In this document: positions 62,155 through 64,000 of the stretch, one piece after another | Numbering within the stretch: the first letter of the stretch is position 1 | Layout of the letters: every line of letters begins with the position of its first letter | From: Neoechinorhynchus agilis | Lineage: Eukaryota > Animalia > Acanthocephala | Direction of reading: 5' to 3' | Assembly (NCBI GenBank): GCA_051530055.1 | Contig: CM121343.1 | Location: 1,582,389-1,646,388, forward strand | DNA: 64,000 nucleotides | Notes under the pieces: generated by a model | Database searches by the model: none | Told to the model about the DNA's origin: nothing | The model's input: the letters and a program-made list of their open reading frames with translations, nothing else | Program-made: the position numbers and the translations under genes

Positions 62155-63500
62155 TGTATGTGGCGGTGGGGAAAAAATTATATCAGAGAATGACTTTGTT
62201 TGAAATATTTCGCCCAATCACGCTGGACTTCTTCAGTCAATTATCTAAAAAGGAATTTGGCAACCTCAGCTCCGGTGGCCTGCCAATAAGACCCTGGATA
62301 AACTCTAATAGGATGAATCGTCAATAAATGGCAACTCAAGAAACACACGATCCTTGTCTGATGTCACGACTATCGGCCTCCCGAGCCTAGCGCTCCTGAT
62401 CACCTTCCTATGCAGATTCAACGGATAACCATTCCGTCCTGATAAATTCAAGATAAAATCTATTTCATGTTCGAGGTCAGTACTAGAGCTGCAATAAGCA
62501 AACGCTCGTTGTACCAATGATCTAACCCTGGAGATCTTATATTCTCGTGGTTGAGAGGAAATCCATGGTACCATGTCATGTGGAATATTGATTTTCCGAT
62601 AAACCTTAGTCGCATACCCATCTCCACCAACACGATCTATCGCAACATCCAGGAAACTGAATCTACCGTCAGTTTCGACATCCGTTGACCATTGAATGTG
62701 TGGATCTTTAGTGTTGATGTAGTTCTGCAGGTGCATGGAAGCATAGGCGGAACGATCAAGGAGAATAAATGTGTCGTCCACATATCGGGCCCATAATGAG
62801 AGTCCAGGAATTGTGGGTAGGTATTTCTCTTCCCACTGCCGCATGTATAACTCCGCAAGCACCGGTGCTAGGGGGCTGACCCTCGCTACACCATCCACCT
62901 GACTAAAATCCATTCCCTCAAATTAGAAGTTCGAAAATTTGGTGCAGAAACTCAAGAGTTTCCTCCAGTCAGTAATCGAAAGCTTCCAATTATCATAGAT
63001 CCGTAGGATAGGTATAGCAAGTTCGATAGCAGTATCTACTGGAATATTTGTGGATAATGAAACCACGTCAGCCGATACCATGATAGAACGTGAGTCCCAC
63101 GGCATCTTAAGTCGACCAATGAAGTCCTTCCCAGAGCATACTACATTTGCACTCCGTTCCATTCTCTGACGAAGCATCAGAGCCAGTTTCCTAGACAAAC
63201 TTGTGCAAAATGATGTATGAGCCGCAACTATTGGTCTGAACTTAATCGGACATTTGTGTACCTTGGCAAATAGGTACATTATAAGTGTCCTAGAGTTCAC
63301 GGACCTAACTGCCAGTAGTCAGCAAGCTCAATTTTCTTTTGCATCATCAGGACGTTTAAACTCACTTCCCATTAATATCTTGAAACCAGTCTCTTGATAT
63401 TGTTCACGATTGGTAACGCAATATCAATACCCTTTATCAATCTTCACTGGTACAATCTCATGAATTCCCTTAAACAAATCTATACTCTCTGCATGGAGTG
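62155..63500 (-). mobile_element. Second, internally deleted copy of the 42.3-47.2 kb Penelope-like element
   Basis: 62275-63285 is almost identical to 45990-46990. GIY-YIG is deleted and the sequence joins directly to the same pLTR with hammerhead (62198-62242). Confidence 0.92.
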
Positions 63501-63739
63501 TGTATGTTTTTACTGCTTTCCTGAAGATATATTTTATTAAATGCGGGAGCCTCTGTTTCTGAGGTGATTCCTACTCTCCAGACAATAAAGATATTGATTT
63601 ATGGCGATATTTCGCTGGACAAATCCAGCATTCTCAAGCATTAATCCAAAATTAAACTTCAAAAATTAAAAATTAATTTTGGATTAATGTTTGAGAATGC
63701 TGGATTGGCCCAACGAAATATCGCAATAAATCAATATTT

Positions 63740-64000
63740 TTATTGTCCGGAGAATTTCTCTGGACATCCAAACATCATAAGAACTGTACACAAAATCTCA
63801 CGGGGAACCGAATCGAAGGCTTTTCTCAGGTCATAGAAAGTAATCATCATCGGGATTTGTTGCTCTTGCTTTTTCGAAGAGCTTACAGGTGAAAATTTGG
63901 AGGAGTTGGACGAGAACCGTGACGAAGAGTTTCTCCACAACTGAATAGAGATCCTCCTGTAATTCTCGCATTGGGATAGATCACCTATTTTTAAAATTGT
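63740..64000 (-). mobile_element. RTE-clade RT fragment (runs off the window)
   Basis: KKQEQQIPMMITFYDLRKAFDSVPREILCTVLMMFGCPEKF. Confidence 0.75.

Overview
AT-rich eukaryotic DNA, almost certainly animal, with compact genes and many 30-60 nt GT-AG introns. A reduced or parasitic invertebrate genome is inferred; the taxon cannot be fixed from sequence alone. Host genes: RRM protein, mitoferrin, Hook/CCDC88-like coiled-coil protein, F-box/LRR protein, a possible Snapin/Pallidin-like protein, SMARCD/BAF60, RNF41, and a disrupted mRNA capping enzyme (RNGTT). Much of the window, especially 40-64 kb, is retroelements: Penelope-like elements whose terminal repeats carry hammerhead-ribozyme motifs, a near full-length CRE-clade element plus many 3' fragments, RTE fragments, and three related compact LINE-like elements. 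Each of those three is bounded by a readable target-site duplication (TSD). One of them is full length with a 13-bp TSD but has no endonuclease domain, and another is nested at the start codon of its relative. Other points of interest are a long G-U-tolerant hairpin in an RRM-gene intron, a palindromic array upstream of mitoferrin, a 444-bp tandem array and two tandem small membrane-protein cassettes. All calls were made by eye; exon boundaries are approximate where stated.
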